Assembly: GCA_010356995.1 (NCBI GenBank)
Contig: ML996704.1
Location: 434,001 to 498,000 of the forward strand
Reading direction: 5' to 3'
Origin: Trichodelitschia bisporula
Lineage: Eukaryota
DNA length: 64,000 bases
Part shown: piece by piece, positions 36,335 to 47,917 of the stretch
Position numbering within the stretch: the stretch's first letter is position 1
How the letters are laid out: each line of letters opens with the position of its first letter
The notes under the pieces: generated by a model
Database searches by the model: none
The model's input: the letters and a program-made list of their open reading frames with translations, nothing else
What the model was told of the DNA's origin: nothing
Translations under genes and position numbers: made by a program

Positions 36335-38664
36335 GACAGCCTTGTTTGGTCAGCGGTGGGGGCGGCGGCGAATGGCGGTGCCATACACCAGAAAGTTGGC
36401 GCACATTTTCCAGGTTCTGCTTCCTCTGTCAGAGCCACTGGATGTGAAGGCAAGGCTGTGCGGTAAGCCTTGTCTGGTGGTTCAGTGGCGGCCACAGCAC
36501 TGAGGCGACATTGCCGCCATACGCCCCAAAGCTTAACATACTGTGCAGCCTCTCCCTCCTCCATCAAACTACCCCACAATTCCCGACCTCCAGAGCCGCA
36601 CCCTAAACCCCAAACATCCCCACGCATTCCTTCCATAAAAACGCGGGGAACCCATGTCCATGTACCGGTACCGCCATATACCATACATGTCCCCCACAAT
36701 CTAATCAAGATTCTGCCACTTCCAAACTTCGAGACCGCAACCCCCCGCGCCAAATAGACAAAAGGTCGCGTGCGCCCGTATCTCCCTTCGGTCGGAAGGG
36801 GACTTTACGATCCGCTGAAACAGGGTCAGGGTTTGGCATTCCAGAAGGCTGGGATAGGGCGGTTTGGGATGCGATAAATGCTCGGAGGGAGATGTCCGAT
36901 TCCGCCCGATAGGGAGGTGAGGGTCAACATATCCTGCGGTTCTAGTATTCATTTGCCCGTGGCAGAAGCGTATTTGCCTCCCCGACGACGACAAACAAGC
37001 TGAAGCTGAAAGCTGAACATCACCTTCATTCATCCCATCTCACTGTATCTTACTGTATTACTGTACTTCCTCAGATGTGGCTGATGCTACACCAACTTCG
37101 CCACCCCACCCCACCCAACCACGAGCCCCTGCTCCCACATCTCCCTGGCAGATCCGATGCATCTCGCACACCCGCCCGCCGCAGGGCACCAGGGCGGCTG
37201 AAGTGCGCGGCGAGGCGTGATTGGTGCATTATCCGCGGACTGCAGCTTGCGTGCAGCTCAGCTGTGGCGGAGAGCTGAGCTCGGCGAGCTGAGCTCGGCG
37301 AGCTGGACTCTGTGTTCGGATCGCACAGCTCAAACGAGCTGCAGCGGCATTCAGGCCTCATCACTCGTCGCCTCTTGCAGACATTCTCTCGCTCTCACTC
37401 CCCCACACATCGCGCCCATGCACCCCACGCCGAGTCCAGCTGCGGAAGCATGCCCTCCGTACTTCGTATGCCCGCCGGCCCCCCCTCCCTCGAGCCCGCA
37501 GCGGCATTGCCACATTAAAGTAAATCATATTACCCAGGGGTTGTGTGCGCGGAGGTGTCGATCAAAGAACAACAGGGTCTCAATGACATGCGAAATAAAG
37601 CGTCTAAATACCGTTGTCCGAAAGATGTGGGAAACGTATCCCGCTCTCTTTTCTGGAAACACTGGCGAAGTGAAGCGAAAAGGCGGGGTGATAGGTGATA
37701 TGATGATCTGATTATTATCAGCCCCTCACCACCCGCGACTGGCGCCGGCGTCACATGTTCCCCATCGTCCCTCGCAGCCGGCAGCCTCGCACTCGGCCCG
37801 GCGGGCTGGCAGCGGGGCAAGGATTCGGCGCAGGGATGTGCGGACGGGCTCTTGGCTCAACAAACGTCTCAACGAAACTGGCGTCGCGCGCCGGGGCGAC
37901 CCCGCGCCTTTTTTTCTTCGCTCTTCGTTTTTTTCTGCTGCGGGATGGAGTTCTGCCCCGCTCTCCGGGCGTGGGCTAGGACGGAGAGGTGGTTTGGCGG
38001 AGCAGAGGGCGAGGGCGAGGGGCCAATGGCTGAGCGTGAGTTTGGAAGCTCGGCTTGGGGTTGGCTTGCGGCTTCGGTGATCAGGAGAGCGGCGGTGAGG
38101 GGCATGTGAAGAGGCGATTGGGGAGGAGGCTCCGCTTTTGGGCGGGTTGGGGAATCGTCGGGTGAGGGGCTGGACGGGGTGGTTAGCTGGTCGTTGGAGA
38201 TCAATTGCCTTCTGCGAAGCGACGGGCCGGTGTTCGTGTACTGATACAGCCGGGTACTTTGGATTGATAGGCATTCTTTAGGGCTTCATCCTCGGCTGAT
38301 ATGAAGCGGGAGAGTGCGAGAGAGAAGGAGGTTGAGGCGGTAGACAGACGCCGGTGCTGGGACTAGAACCCGCCAAGGTCAGAGCGGTGTTGCCGTAACC
38401 CCCTGCAGTGTTTTTTTTCATGAGCTGGTCCATGCACGCCGCTTTTTTTTGCTGAGGAGTTTGAGTGAGAGTGAGCGAGAGGCGAGATGTAGTGGGGAGA
38501 TGGGGGAGGGGAGGCGGCAAAGAGATATGCGCTTCACACGCCTGACCACACACAAAGGAGAGGCCACACTATCCGTACGGCGGGAACACCTCAAAAAGGT
38601 CAAAAGGACGATCGCCCACGAAAACCCTTCCACCAGGGGCCCGTGCCATTCTTAAATTCAATTG

Positions 38665-38785
38665 CTCTCTCTCTCTCTCTCTGCTCTCGCTTTCTTCTCA
38701 TCCTCCTTCACTTCATCTCCCCTCCATTCCTCTCTTCCTCTCTTCCTCTCTCCCTCTCTCCCTCTCTTCCTCTCTCCCTCTCTCC
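38665..38785 (+). repeat. (CT)n microsatellite and CT-rich tract in the desaturase promoter/5' leader
   Basis: About 9 CT units at 38665-38682, then repeated cctctcttcctctctccctctct units. Pyrimidine tracts commonly flank fungal transcription start sites. Confidence 0.8.
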
Positions 38786-38951
38786 ACCCCACCCCCAACA
38801 CACCCTCCTTGCGTTGAGGCACTCGACCCCTCAACAAACTCTCGGCAACAGGAAGTCACGCAAAACTTCCCGCCCTCGCTATCGTCGACTTCATTCCTTC
38901 CCTCTCTCCTCCCCATCCATCGTCGATTCCCTCCCCACACACGCCACAACC

Positions 38952-40496
38952 ATGGCCTCCACCACCGCCCTGCCACGCAAGGCCCCCGCCCTCCGCCGCA
39001 CGGCCACAACCGACTCCTACGCGGCCTCCTCCGCCGCAAGCTCCGTCCTCGCCAGCCCGCTCGACAGCCCACGCGGCTCGCCGTCCTCAACCTCGCTCTC
39101 GTCGCTCTCCTCCGCACCCTCCGACGTCGAAGACGAAAAGGACATGGGCGTCCTGCTCGACACCTACGGCAACGAGTTCCAAGTCCCCGATTTCACCATC
39201 AAGGAGCTCCGCGATGCCATTCCCACGCACTGCTTCGAGCGCTCCGCGGCCACGGGCATGTACTACGTGCTGCGCGACTTCGCCTGCCTGGCTGCCACCT
39301 TCTACCTCTTCCACAACTACGTCACGCCCGCCACGATCCCGTCCACGCCCGTCCGGACTGCCCTCTGGGCCGTGTATACCTTCGTCCAGGGCCTGTTTGG
39401 CACGGGGCTGTGGGTGCTGGCGCACGAGTGCGGGCACCAGTCCTTCTCGCCGAGCAAGGTGATCAACGACACCGTGGGGTGGACGCTGCACTCGCTTTTG
39501 CTGGTCCCCTACTTCAGCTGGAAGATTTCGCACGGCAAGCACCACAAGGCGACGGGGCACATGCAGCGCGACATGGTGTTCGTGCCCAAGACGCGGTCGT
39601 ACTACGCCAATGTGCTCGGGAAGAAGGTGCATGAGGTGTCGGAGTTGATGGAGGAGACGCCGATTGCCACGCTCATCCACTCGGTGCTGCAGCAGCTGTT
39701 CGGCTGGCCTCTGTACCTCATCACCAACGTCACCGGCCACAACTTCCACGAGAAGCAGATTGAGGGCAAGGGCGTCGGCAAGCACAATGGCTGGTTCGGC
39801 GGCGTCAACCATTTCAACCCTTCGAGCCCGCTGTACGAGCGCCGCGACGAGAAGCTCATCCTGCTGAGCGACGCTGGCATCGCCCTCACCGGCTTCGCCC
39901 TGTATACCCTTGGCAAGACCTTTGGTTTCACGAACATGCTGGTGTGGTACGGGCTGCCGTATCTGTGGGTGAACCACTGGCTCGGTAAGCACCCACCCAT
40001 CCCTCTCAATCAGTAGTTTCGATACTAACCCAGCATCTCAGTCGCCATCACCTTCCTCCAGCACACCGACCCCACCCTCCCCCACTACGACAACGAAGCC
40101 TGGACCTACGTGCGCGGCGCCGCCGCCACCATCGACCGCGAATTCGGCTTCATCGGCCGCCAGCTCTTCCACGGGATCATCGAGACCCACGTCCTGCACC
40201 ACTACGTCAGTGTCATTCCCTTCTACCACGCCGACGAGGCGAGCGAGGCCATTAAGCCGGTTATGGGGAAGCATTACCGTGCGGACACCCGCGGTGGGCC
40301 GTTGGGGTTTATTAGGGCGATGTGGAGCTCTGCGCGCTGGTGCCAGTGGGTGGAGCCCAGTGCGGAGGCGAAGGGTGAGGGGAGGCATGTGCATTTCTTC
40401 CGGAATCGGAATGGGTTGGGGGTTAAGCCGGCGAAGATGGCGCCCGAGGGCGTGAGGAAGGCGGGGATGGTTGTGGGGGCGCAGGATAGCGAGTAG
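38952..40496 (+). CDS. FAD2: Delta-12 (oleate) fatty acid desaturase
   Basis: LDTYGNEFQVPDFTIKE..AIPTHCFERS; His boxes HECGH, HGKHH, HVLHH; HWLVAITFLQHTDP across intron 39985..40041. Confidence 0.95.
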
Positions 40497-41123
40497 ATGG
40501 AGACGGTGGTGTTATCTATGTTGCCAGTTTTTTGAGGGTTTGGGAGGGGTGTGATTTTGTCGGCGTTTTGCCGGCGTACTTTTTTGTTGTGGGAGTACAT
40601 GAGAGGAGAAGGTGGTGATATGGATGGTGGTGGTGTTTGACCCAAGGGGATGGATTTGACCCCCGAGGTGATTGGGGAAAAGGGGTTGTAGCTTGTAGGG
40701 CTATTGTGGCATCTTGAACACAGTTGAAGAAAAAAATAAATTCGAGACTTTCTGAATGAATTGCTTTGGTCCCCGTATTTGGCGTGTATTGAGAGGGGGA
40801 AGGGGATGGTGTGGAGTTGGTTTGGTAGCAGCACGTGCCGTTTTTGCGGGGGTATAAATGCGGGGTAAAGCACAAGGCTGGGGGTGTGTGGGGAAGGGAG
40901 GACGTCCGCCTTATGAGGTCCGCCATGGGGTTCTTGCACGAGCCGTGATCTGCAGATTGCGCGGAGGGGGTGTCGGGGGCCTGAGATGCATGTGCTTGCG
41001 GCCCGGGGAAGTGGGAAACGGTTGTTGGTGGCTGTTGGTGGGTTGGTTGAGTGGGTTAGGATGGGAGCGGAACGGCGCGGATGTGATTGATGCTGGGGTG
41101 GGGAGTGGGGGGGGCCTTGTGGT

Positions 41124-41175
41124 TGATTGATATGATTGATATGATCGAGATCGCGATCGCGATCGCGATCGCGAT
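41124..41175. repeat. Short repeats (TGATTGATA x2, then GATCGC x4.5) between the convergent FAD2 and LeuRS ends
   Basis: gatcgcgatcgcgatcgcgatcgcgat at 41149-41175; the array is self-complementary. Confidence 0.85.
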
Positions 41176-41470
41176 GGGCTCGTAGTGCTGTACCGGTACA
41201 TAAGGATTGGGCAGCGTGGATTCCCACCCTTGTGGCGTATCATACACCGCTGCTGAGTGTGCACTTCAATGTCAACAGGCCGAGGAGTGCAATGACGATG
41301 ATGATGGTCTCGTATACCGAGCTCTACATTGCTAAGCGGCGTATCCAACCCCCTCTGCGTTTCTACACTGCTTGCTCCCTTGCTACTGAGGGCCGCGTAT
41401 CCCCCTCTATGTATCGTACACCACTTCCCCGGCCCCTCTTCCCGTACATGCGCATCTCGTACATACGCAT

Positions 41471-44400
41471 CTACTTCCGCACGACGAGATTCACAACTCG
41501 TCCCCCACGCACAACCACCAACCTAACCCTCCTCTCCGCCTCCCCCCCCCTCAACAACCCCAACCCCCCCGCTTGAGCAAGCACCTTCTCCCCCCACCCC
41601 CCCCCCTCCTCCCCAGGCTCACCTTCAACCCGCACAACCCCCCTCCTCCGCCCATTAACCTGCAGCACAACCTCCATCTCATTCACCCCCTTCCCACCTC
41701 CCCCTCCATCCACCTCAACCTCTCCCCTATCCGGCCACCCCGCCTCGAACACACCCCCCCCCCCCCCACCGGGATGGAGCACACGCCATGCCTCCTCCGC
41801 GAAAGCCGGACATACAGGTGCCATGGCCCGCACCAACACCGACACCGCCGTGGGCTCCGACCCCGCGCCATCCAGCGCATTGGTCAGCTTGATTAGATCG
41901 CTGACGACGGTGTTGAGGCCCTCAGCGCGATCGAGTTTAGCCGTGACACTGGCAAGCGTAGCAGCTGCAAGGCGGCTCACATCCTCCCCCGCCTTCCCAA
42001 CCCCCTTCTCCCCCGTCGTCTTCCCCTCCGCCCCCGCCGCCCGATGCACAACCCTCCAAACCCTCCCCAACCACCGTTCAACCCCCACAATCTTCCCCCC
42101 ATCCCACTCCAACACCTCCCTCTCCGGCGCCCCAAACAGCACATGCGCACGCGTCGCATCCGCGCCATGCCGACTCAAACACACCCCGGGATCCACACCA
42201 TTATACTTACTCTTACTCATCTTCTCCCACCGCACAAGCGGCGTCTCCCCCGTCTCCACAATCCGCGGCTTCCCAGGCACACTCGTATCCACCTTCCCCG
42301 GTCTCAAAAACCTTCCCGTCCCGGGCTCAACAAACGTCCTCCCATGCACCATCCCCTGCGTCAACAGCTTCGTAAACGGCTCGGCGGGAGCCCCAGGCGA
42401 CGGAGTCCACACCCCCTGCTTGGCCAGGAACTTAGCGACGAAGCGCGCGTACAGCAGGTGCAAGATCGCATGCTCCACGCCCCCGACGTATAAATCAACC
42501 GGCATGAGCGCGGCAGCTGCTTCCGTGCTAAATGGTTCATTTACGTTGCCCGGGTCCGCAAAGCGCAGGAAGTACCAGCTCGAATCCATGAACGTGTCCA
42601 TCGTATCCGTTTCGCGCTTCGCGGCACCCCCGCAGGTGGGGCAAGGCACATTGACCCACTCCTCCATCTGCGCGAGCGGACTCCCGCCCCGGCCGGAGAA
42701 GGCGCTGGCTGGGAGAGGGGGCAGCTCGACGGGTAATTCCTCGGCTGGGACGGGGACGGCACCGCAGGTCTCGCAGTGAATGATCGGGATCGGTGCGCCC
42801 CAGTAGCGCTGCCGGCTTATCAACCAGTCGCGTAGGCGCCATGAGGTTTGGGGCTCGGCGGCGCCGCTGGGGGAGAGGAGTGAGACGAGGATGTGGGCTG
42901 CATGTGTGGAAGACTGGTATGCGAGGATGCCGGTTTCGGGGCCTAGTTGGCCGCGTGGCGTGAAGGGGAGGTTGGGGTTGGAAGGGTTGTTCTTGGGGAG
43001 GTCGGGTTCGGAAGTGTTGTTAGGGAGATTGGTTGTGGAAGTGTTGTTCTTAGGGAAGCCGGGTTCGGAAGTGTTGTTCTTAGGGAGATCGGCTTTGGAA
43101 GTGCCGGGTTCGGAAGGGTCGTCCTCAGGGTAGACGACGCGCGGGGCAGGCGCACCAGGCTGGTTCTCCACCCAGAAGTCCCAGTCCCGCACGTCATGTG
43201 CCGGCACGCCCATCACCGCCGCGGAGCCGTAGTCATCCAGCACGTACGGGGCGGCGTAGAGGGGCAGCGGGGCCGCGACGTGCTCGCACAGCTCCGGGGC
43301 AAAGTTCAGAACGTCCACATACCGCTTGAGGGGGTTTTCCGCCTCGACCGGGAGCCGCACACCGGCCTTCGAGTCCGCGGTCTCGGACGCCAGACCCGCG
43401 AGCGCAGCGGCCAGTCCCGGGTCCTGAGCCGCGAGGCCCGCGGCCAGTGGGTGCCGCGGCGAGACGGCGAGGTATGTCACGGCGGGGAGGGTGTCGGGCC
43501 TAGTGGTAAACGCCTCAATGGGCGCTTCGTCGCCTCGCGCGAAGCGTATCCGCGCGCCGGGCGATTTGCCGAGCCAATTGCGCTGCATGGCGAGGACGCG
43601 GTCTGGCCAGGCGCCGCCCTTCGCGAGAAGGTCTAAGTCGTCGTGCAGAGCGTCGGCGAAGGCTGTGATCTTTAGGAACCATTGCTTTAGCATTACTTTC
43701 TCGACGACGGCGCCGGAGCGCCAGGAGCGGCCGGTGGCGTCGACCTGGGCTTGTTAGTTTGCGGGTTATGGTTTGGGTTTATAGAGGGGGCGGACCTGCT
43801 CGTTTGCCAGGACGGTTTTGTCGACTGGGTCGAAGTTGACGAGGGCTTCTTTTTGGTAGGCCAGGCCGGCTGAGTGAAGCATGAGGAATAGGCGCTGGGT
43901 GTGCTTGCAGTACGCAGGATCACACGTCATGAACTCCTACTCCCATCAGCCCTCTCCCGCGCCCAGATATTCACCACGCACCCGCTCCCAATCCCACCCG
44001 CCATTCATCCCCTTCAACTGCTCCCTCATACTCCGCACATTCCCCTCCGTCCAGACCCTCGGATCAACGCCCCTCTCAATCGCCGCATTCTCCGCCGGGA
44101 GACCAAACGCATCCCACCCAATCGGATGCACGACATTATGACCCCGCATGTACAAATACCTTGCCATAACGTCCGCAATCGTGTAAACGCGCAAGTGGCC
44201 CATGTGCAGCGATCCCGAAGGGTAAGGAAACATAGGTAGGACATATTTCGGCTTCGCGCCCGCGGGCGCATCTTGCCGCCGGTAGCGCGCAAGCTTGGTG
44301 TCTTCCCATATAGCTTGCCATTTCTTGTCGAGAGCGGGAAGGTCGAGGGGTGGGATGCCGGGCTTGGAGGCGTGGGTGCGGAGCTGGTGGTGGGGATTAC

Positions 44401-44473
44401 GGAGGTGCGCGTGGCAGAGGTTAGGGCGGGAGGCGCTGGCCCGGAGGGTGGTGAGGTTGATGAGGAGGCGCAT
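41471..44473 (-). CDS. NAM2: Mitochondrial leucyl-tRNA synthetase
   Basis: Basic presequence [29 protein letters not shown] (HIGH motif); [21 protein letters not shown] and MGVPAHD (CP1 domain); [35 protein letters not shown]. Introns 43981..43937 and 43795..43745. Confidence 0.95.
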
Positions 44474-44739
44474 TAGGCATGTCGGGTGCGAGGGCGGGCT
44501 ACGGACGTGGCATCGGGGTGGAATGGTGGGATATTGTCGTCTTCGGTGTTTGAGGTCTTTTGACATGCATTTTAGACGTTGATGCCAAGATTTCGCGCTA
44601 GGATCGCACGGCGACCCATGCAAGATCGATAGTACCGGGCTTCAGCCTTGCGTCATATCGAACATGCCAAAGCAGAAGAAATGGAAAGAATCATTTTCCG
44701 TCGTGCTCAATACTGTCTAGCAATTCAAATTAGATGCCA

Positions 44740-46583
44740 TTAAGTTGACAGAATCGCCATCATGTCCGGCGGCAATCCACTCCACGCCGCATCCTCCATT
44801 TCCGTAAACATCAACGGCCCATTCTCATGCCTAGTAATGCTCACCTTACGACTCTCCGTGTTCTGTACAACTGCGCGGATGCGACATATCAAAGCCCCTA
44901 ATGCGCGCAGAATACTCGTATTCGCCCTCTCCCACGCCTCCATTCTCCCAGTCATGTCCACGATCTGTGTACCCCTAACCGCGCCCTCCCTAATCGAGCC
45001 GATAATGACAGTCCGAGCCTGGCGGACCCACAGTCCAGGCATTAGAAGCAAAAAGTCAACTCCATAGCCGTCTACGTCCGCTTTGATCTCGATGATAGCG
45101 TCTTGCGAGACCAACCAACCCACCGGTTCGACCGTTAGCTTCCTGCCAGCGGCGGAGACAGTCTCAGATGCTAAGCGCCTATCGTCAGTTAACTTCGCAA
45201 GCAGCGCATCGGCGTCACCTCCAGCCCAACTCGAACTCTCTGTCACCTCTTCCGCCGCCTTCCCCTCCATAGCCTTCTCTTTAAGGTACCCATCACACTC
45301 CATTCTAACCACGCACCTTAACCCTGCAAGATCATACCGCAGCACACGGTGATGCTTCGTGCGCTCCTTCACCTCCAAGTTCACGGTGGTATACTCCTCT
45401 AAAAACACATCCGCAAAGCGGGAGTTGTCAGGCTTCAGGAGCTCGGGAGAATTAATCCATCGCTCTAGAACCAACACCCCCCCAACCACCTGACCGCGCA
45501 ACTGAAAACTCGCCTTTTGACCCTTCACAAACCTCAGCAGATGCAACAACGTCACCGAGCATCCGAAGAAATCCAGCTTCTCCAGCTTCGCCACCCCGTC
45601 GCACGCTACTACCGCCCGTAGCGCTGGCTCCATTGGGTGCACCGGCCAGTATAGCGTGTTCGGATCACGCATGTACGTCTCGGTGCTCGATCTCAGCGGA
45701 TGATTGTTGGCGCGTGGCACCCACATGGGCGGACAGCCTGGCGCTGTCGTCAGCACGGTCACTAGCGCGCCGTAGACATACCGGGTGCTTCGATGGTCGG
45801 CTCGCCCCTGCGCAGCCAGTTGTATGATCCGATGGCTTCGACGTGGCGTATGAAGGGTGGGCCGGCGGCCGTGTCGTCTGGGACGTTGATTTGGGTGCGG
45901 TGCAGGTCATGGTACGAGCGGGGGACCAGGGCTGGCGAGCGGGAGGGCCGGTGGCTGGACGCCCGGTCGCGTCCCGGCTCCGGTGCGCCGTCTCGGTTTT
46001 GGGAGATGCCCGGTAAGTGGCCGGCGGGTTGGATATAGCTACCCTGTCCTCCGTAAGGGAGGTTGAGTGCGTGGCCGGTAGGTTGGTTATGGTCGCCTCG
46101 ACCGCGTCCGCTATGGGGGTTGAGTGAGTAGTCGGCAGGTTGGGCATAGCTACCTTGGCCGCCGCGAGGGGGGTAGGGTAAGTGGTTGGTGGGTTGGGTA
46201 TGGCTACCCCGACCGCCGCGAGGGAAGTTGAATGGATTGTGGGTAGGTTGAGGATAGCCACCCCGGCCGCCTTGAGGGGCGGAGAATGGGTAGTTGGTAG
46301 GTTGGGGATAGCCACCCTGGCCGCCGTGAGAAGGGTTGAGCGCGTGGTCGGTAGACTGGGTATGTCCACCTCGGTCACCTCGGCCACGGCCACGAGGGTG
46401 GTTGTGGAGGTCGCGATGGGGCTGGAAGGGCAACGCGGCGGGGTTGAGTGTGTGGTGGGTAGGTTGGATATGGCCATTTTCGATACCTCGACGACGACCG
46501 TGAGAGTGGTTGTTGCCATTTGTGATACCTCGGCCACGGCCGCGAGAGTGGTTGTTGAGGTCGCCGCGGGACGGGGAGGACAT
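44740..46583 (-). CDS. Protein with N-terminal RGG/RG-rich repeats and a C-terminal domain of the fungal family often mislabelled 'geranylgeranyl pyrophosphate synthetase' (probable PD-(D/E)XK, Rai1/DXO-like fold)
   Basis: Exon 1 ends GSYNWL..PTIEAP; intron 45781..45738; exon 2 GCPPMW..DPN..HPMEP..HHRVLRYDLAGLRCVVRMECDGY..IIEIK..MPGLWVRQ. No DDxxD prenyltransferase motifs. Confidence 0.75.
46030..46560 (-). repeat. Degenerate tandem repeats (about 54-60 bp) encoding QPTxxxxNxxxGGRGxYx units
   Basis: PTNYPFSAPQGGRGGYPQ, PTHNPFNFPRGGRGSHTQ, PTNHLPYPPRGGQGSYAQ, PADYSLNPHSGRGRGDHNQ, PTGHALNLPYGGQGSYIQ. Confidence 0.85.
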
Positions 46584-46908
46584 GGCGAGGGGCTCGTTGT
46601 CAATGAGAGTTGCGGCGCCAACTGTCAATCTATGGCTTGAAGATGTTCTGCAAATGGGGTTCTCGTGGGAATGATAGCGAATGGTCTGATAGTGGATGGT
46701 GTGATAGTCAATGGTGTGATGGGGGAGTTAAAGATGGAGGATGTAGTCGGGATGGGATGGGTGGGAGTGGTATTGATATCAGATTGGGTGGTCACGCCTA
46801 CATCTTGCCAGGCTGGAGATACCTTGTCATCGTGGACGTCCCAGGGCAGCTACGGGCCGCAGCGTGGAGGAGGAGTGACTTGTGGGTTACTCCTGCCCGG
46901 TGAAGGAA

Positions 46909-47470
46909 CTCGAGGCTGAGAGAGGCAGGGACGGAGTGCTGTGTACCGGTCCATGCTGCTTGGGGGACGCTATTCCCAGTGTAAGCACCCATTCACTGAT
47001 TTACAAAGAGAGGGGACAAAGACATAGAAGAGCTATGGGGTTAACATCTTATATTTTTCTTATATCCCTGGGGCAGACTGCGCTCGGGCTGCTGGCATGC
47101 GGTGCTCGAGGCTGAGAGGCAGGGCCGGCTTTGCTGCGTAGCGGTCGCCACCGCTTCGGAGTTCCATTCCAGCGTAAATACACACACTGGGTTACAGAGC
47201 GGAAGGACGGAGAGGTAGTAGCTGTGGGGTTAGCATCTCGTCTCCTTCCCATATTTGTTGGGTACGGATGTACTCAGGCGGCACTGAGTGGTAGGGATTG
47301 GATTTTGTGTACGCAGTACTGGCTGATACGGTTTCGGAGACGCCTTTTCCAGTGTAAATACCCATGCTGCTTTGCAGAACGAGAGAACGGAGAGGTAAGA
47401 TAAATGTGGGACTGGTATCTCTTCTTTTTCCAATTTGATGGATAGACTGCACTCGGGCTGTTGGAATGCT
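46909..47470. repeat. Degenerate ~190-bp tandem triplication
   Basis: Shared anchors: ctcgaggctgaga..ggcaggg (46909, 47105); cagtgtaagcacc / cagcgtaaataca / cagtgtaaatacc (~46977, 47170, 47350); agactgcgctcgggctgctggcatgc / agactgcactcgggctgttggaatgc (~47075, 47444). Confidence 0.75.
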
Positions 47471-47917
47471 CTGCCTTTCTGCGGACATAAGCCAGGACGC
47501 CGGAAAGGGACATAATTTTGGAAACAAAGGTCCGCAGCATATTACCGTTGCTCCGGAAAGCCACTGAACCATCTAGAAGACATTTTCTGGCATATCGATT
47601 GCTCCCTCAGGAGTGGACAGCAGATGGTGAAGGTTAAATGAAGCTTTCGCGGCGCGTCGCCCCTTTCCGCCCCGCCAACGCCTTTTCAACGGAAAGCCTC
47701 AGGCGCGCCAAGGCACCGACACGTTACCCAAAACGTCCTCATCCCATCATCAATGCGCCGCCAGCTCCGAAAGTCCATCTTCATCTTCACCTTTGAGATC
47801 AGAACTCTCTGCCTCTCTCCCTCAATTGACCACTTCCACCTTCCCTCCCACAGCCTCCCCTCCCCGACCATGTAACCGCCTCCTCCTCCCCCCAACACCA
47901 CAACCACCACCAACACC

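Noticed and set aside
33074..40496. Secondary-metabolite or lipid gene cluster (Nudix, cytochrome b2, desaturase)
   Set aside because: There is no backbone synthase, transporter or cluster regulator, and all are common primary-metabolism families.
39087..42779. Long antisense ORFs over FAD2, the intergenic gap and LeuRS (301, 317 and 318 aa)
   Set aside because: These are expected shadows of high-GC codon bias and low-complexity sequence, with no recognisable domains.
45665..46621. 318-aa Thr/Pro-rich mucin-like ORF overlapping the RGG exon
   Set aside because: It is an alternative frame kept open by the tandem repeats. Only the RGG frame splices in phase to the conserved domain.
46909..47470. 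CRISPR-like array interpretation of the repeats
   Set aside because: The context is eukaryotic, the whole units are degenerate with no identical repeat and unique spacer pattern, and there are no cas genes.
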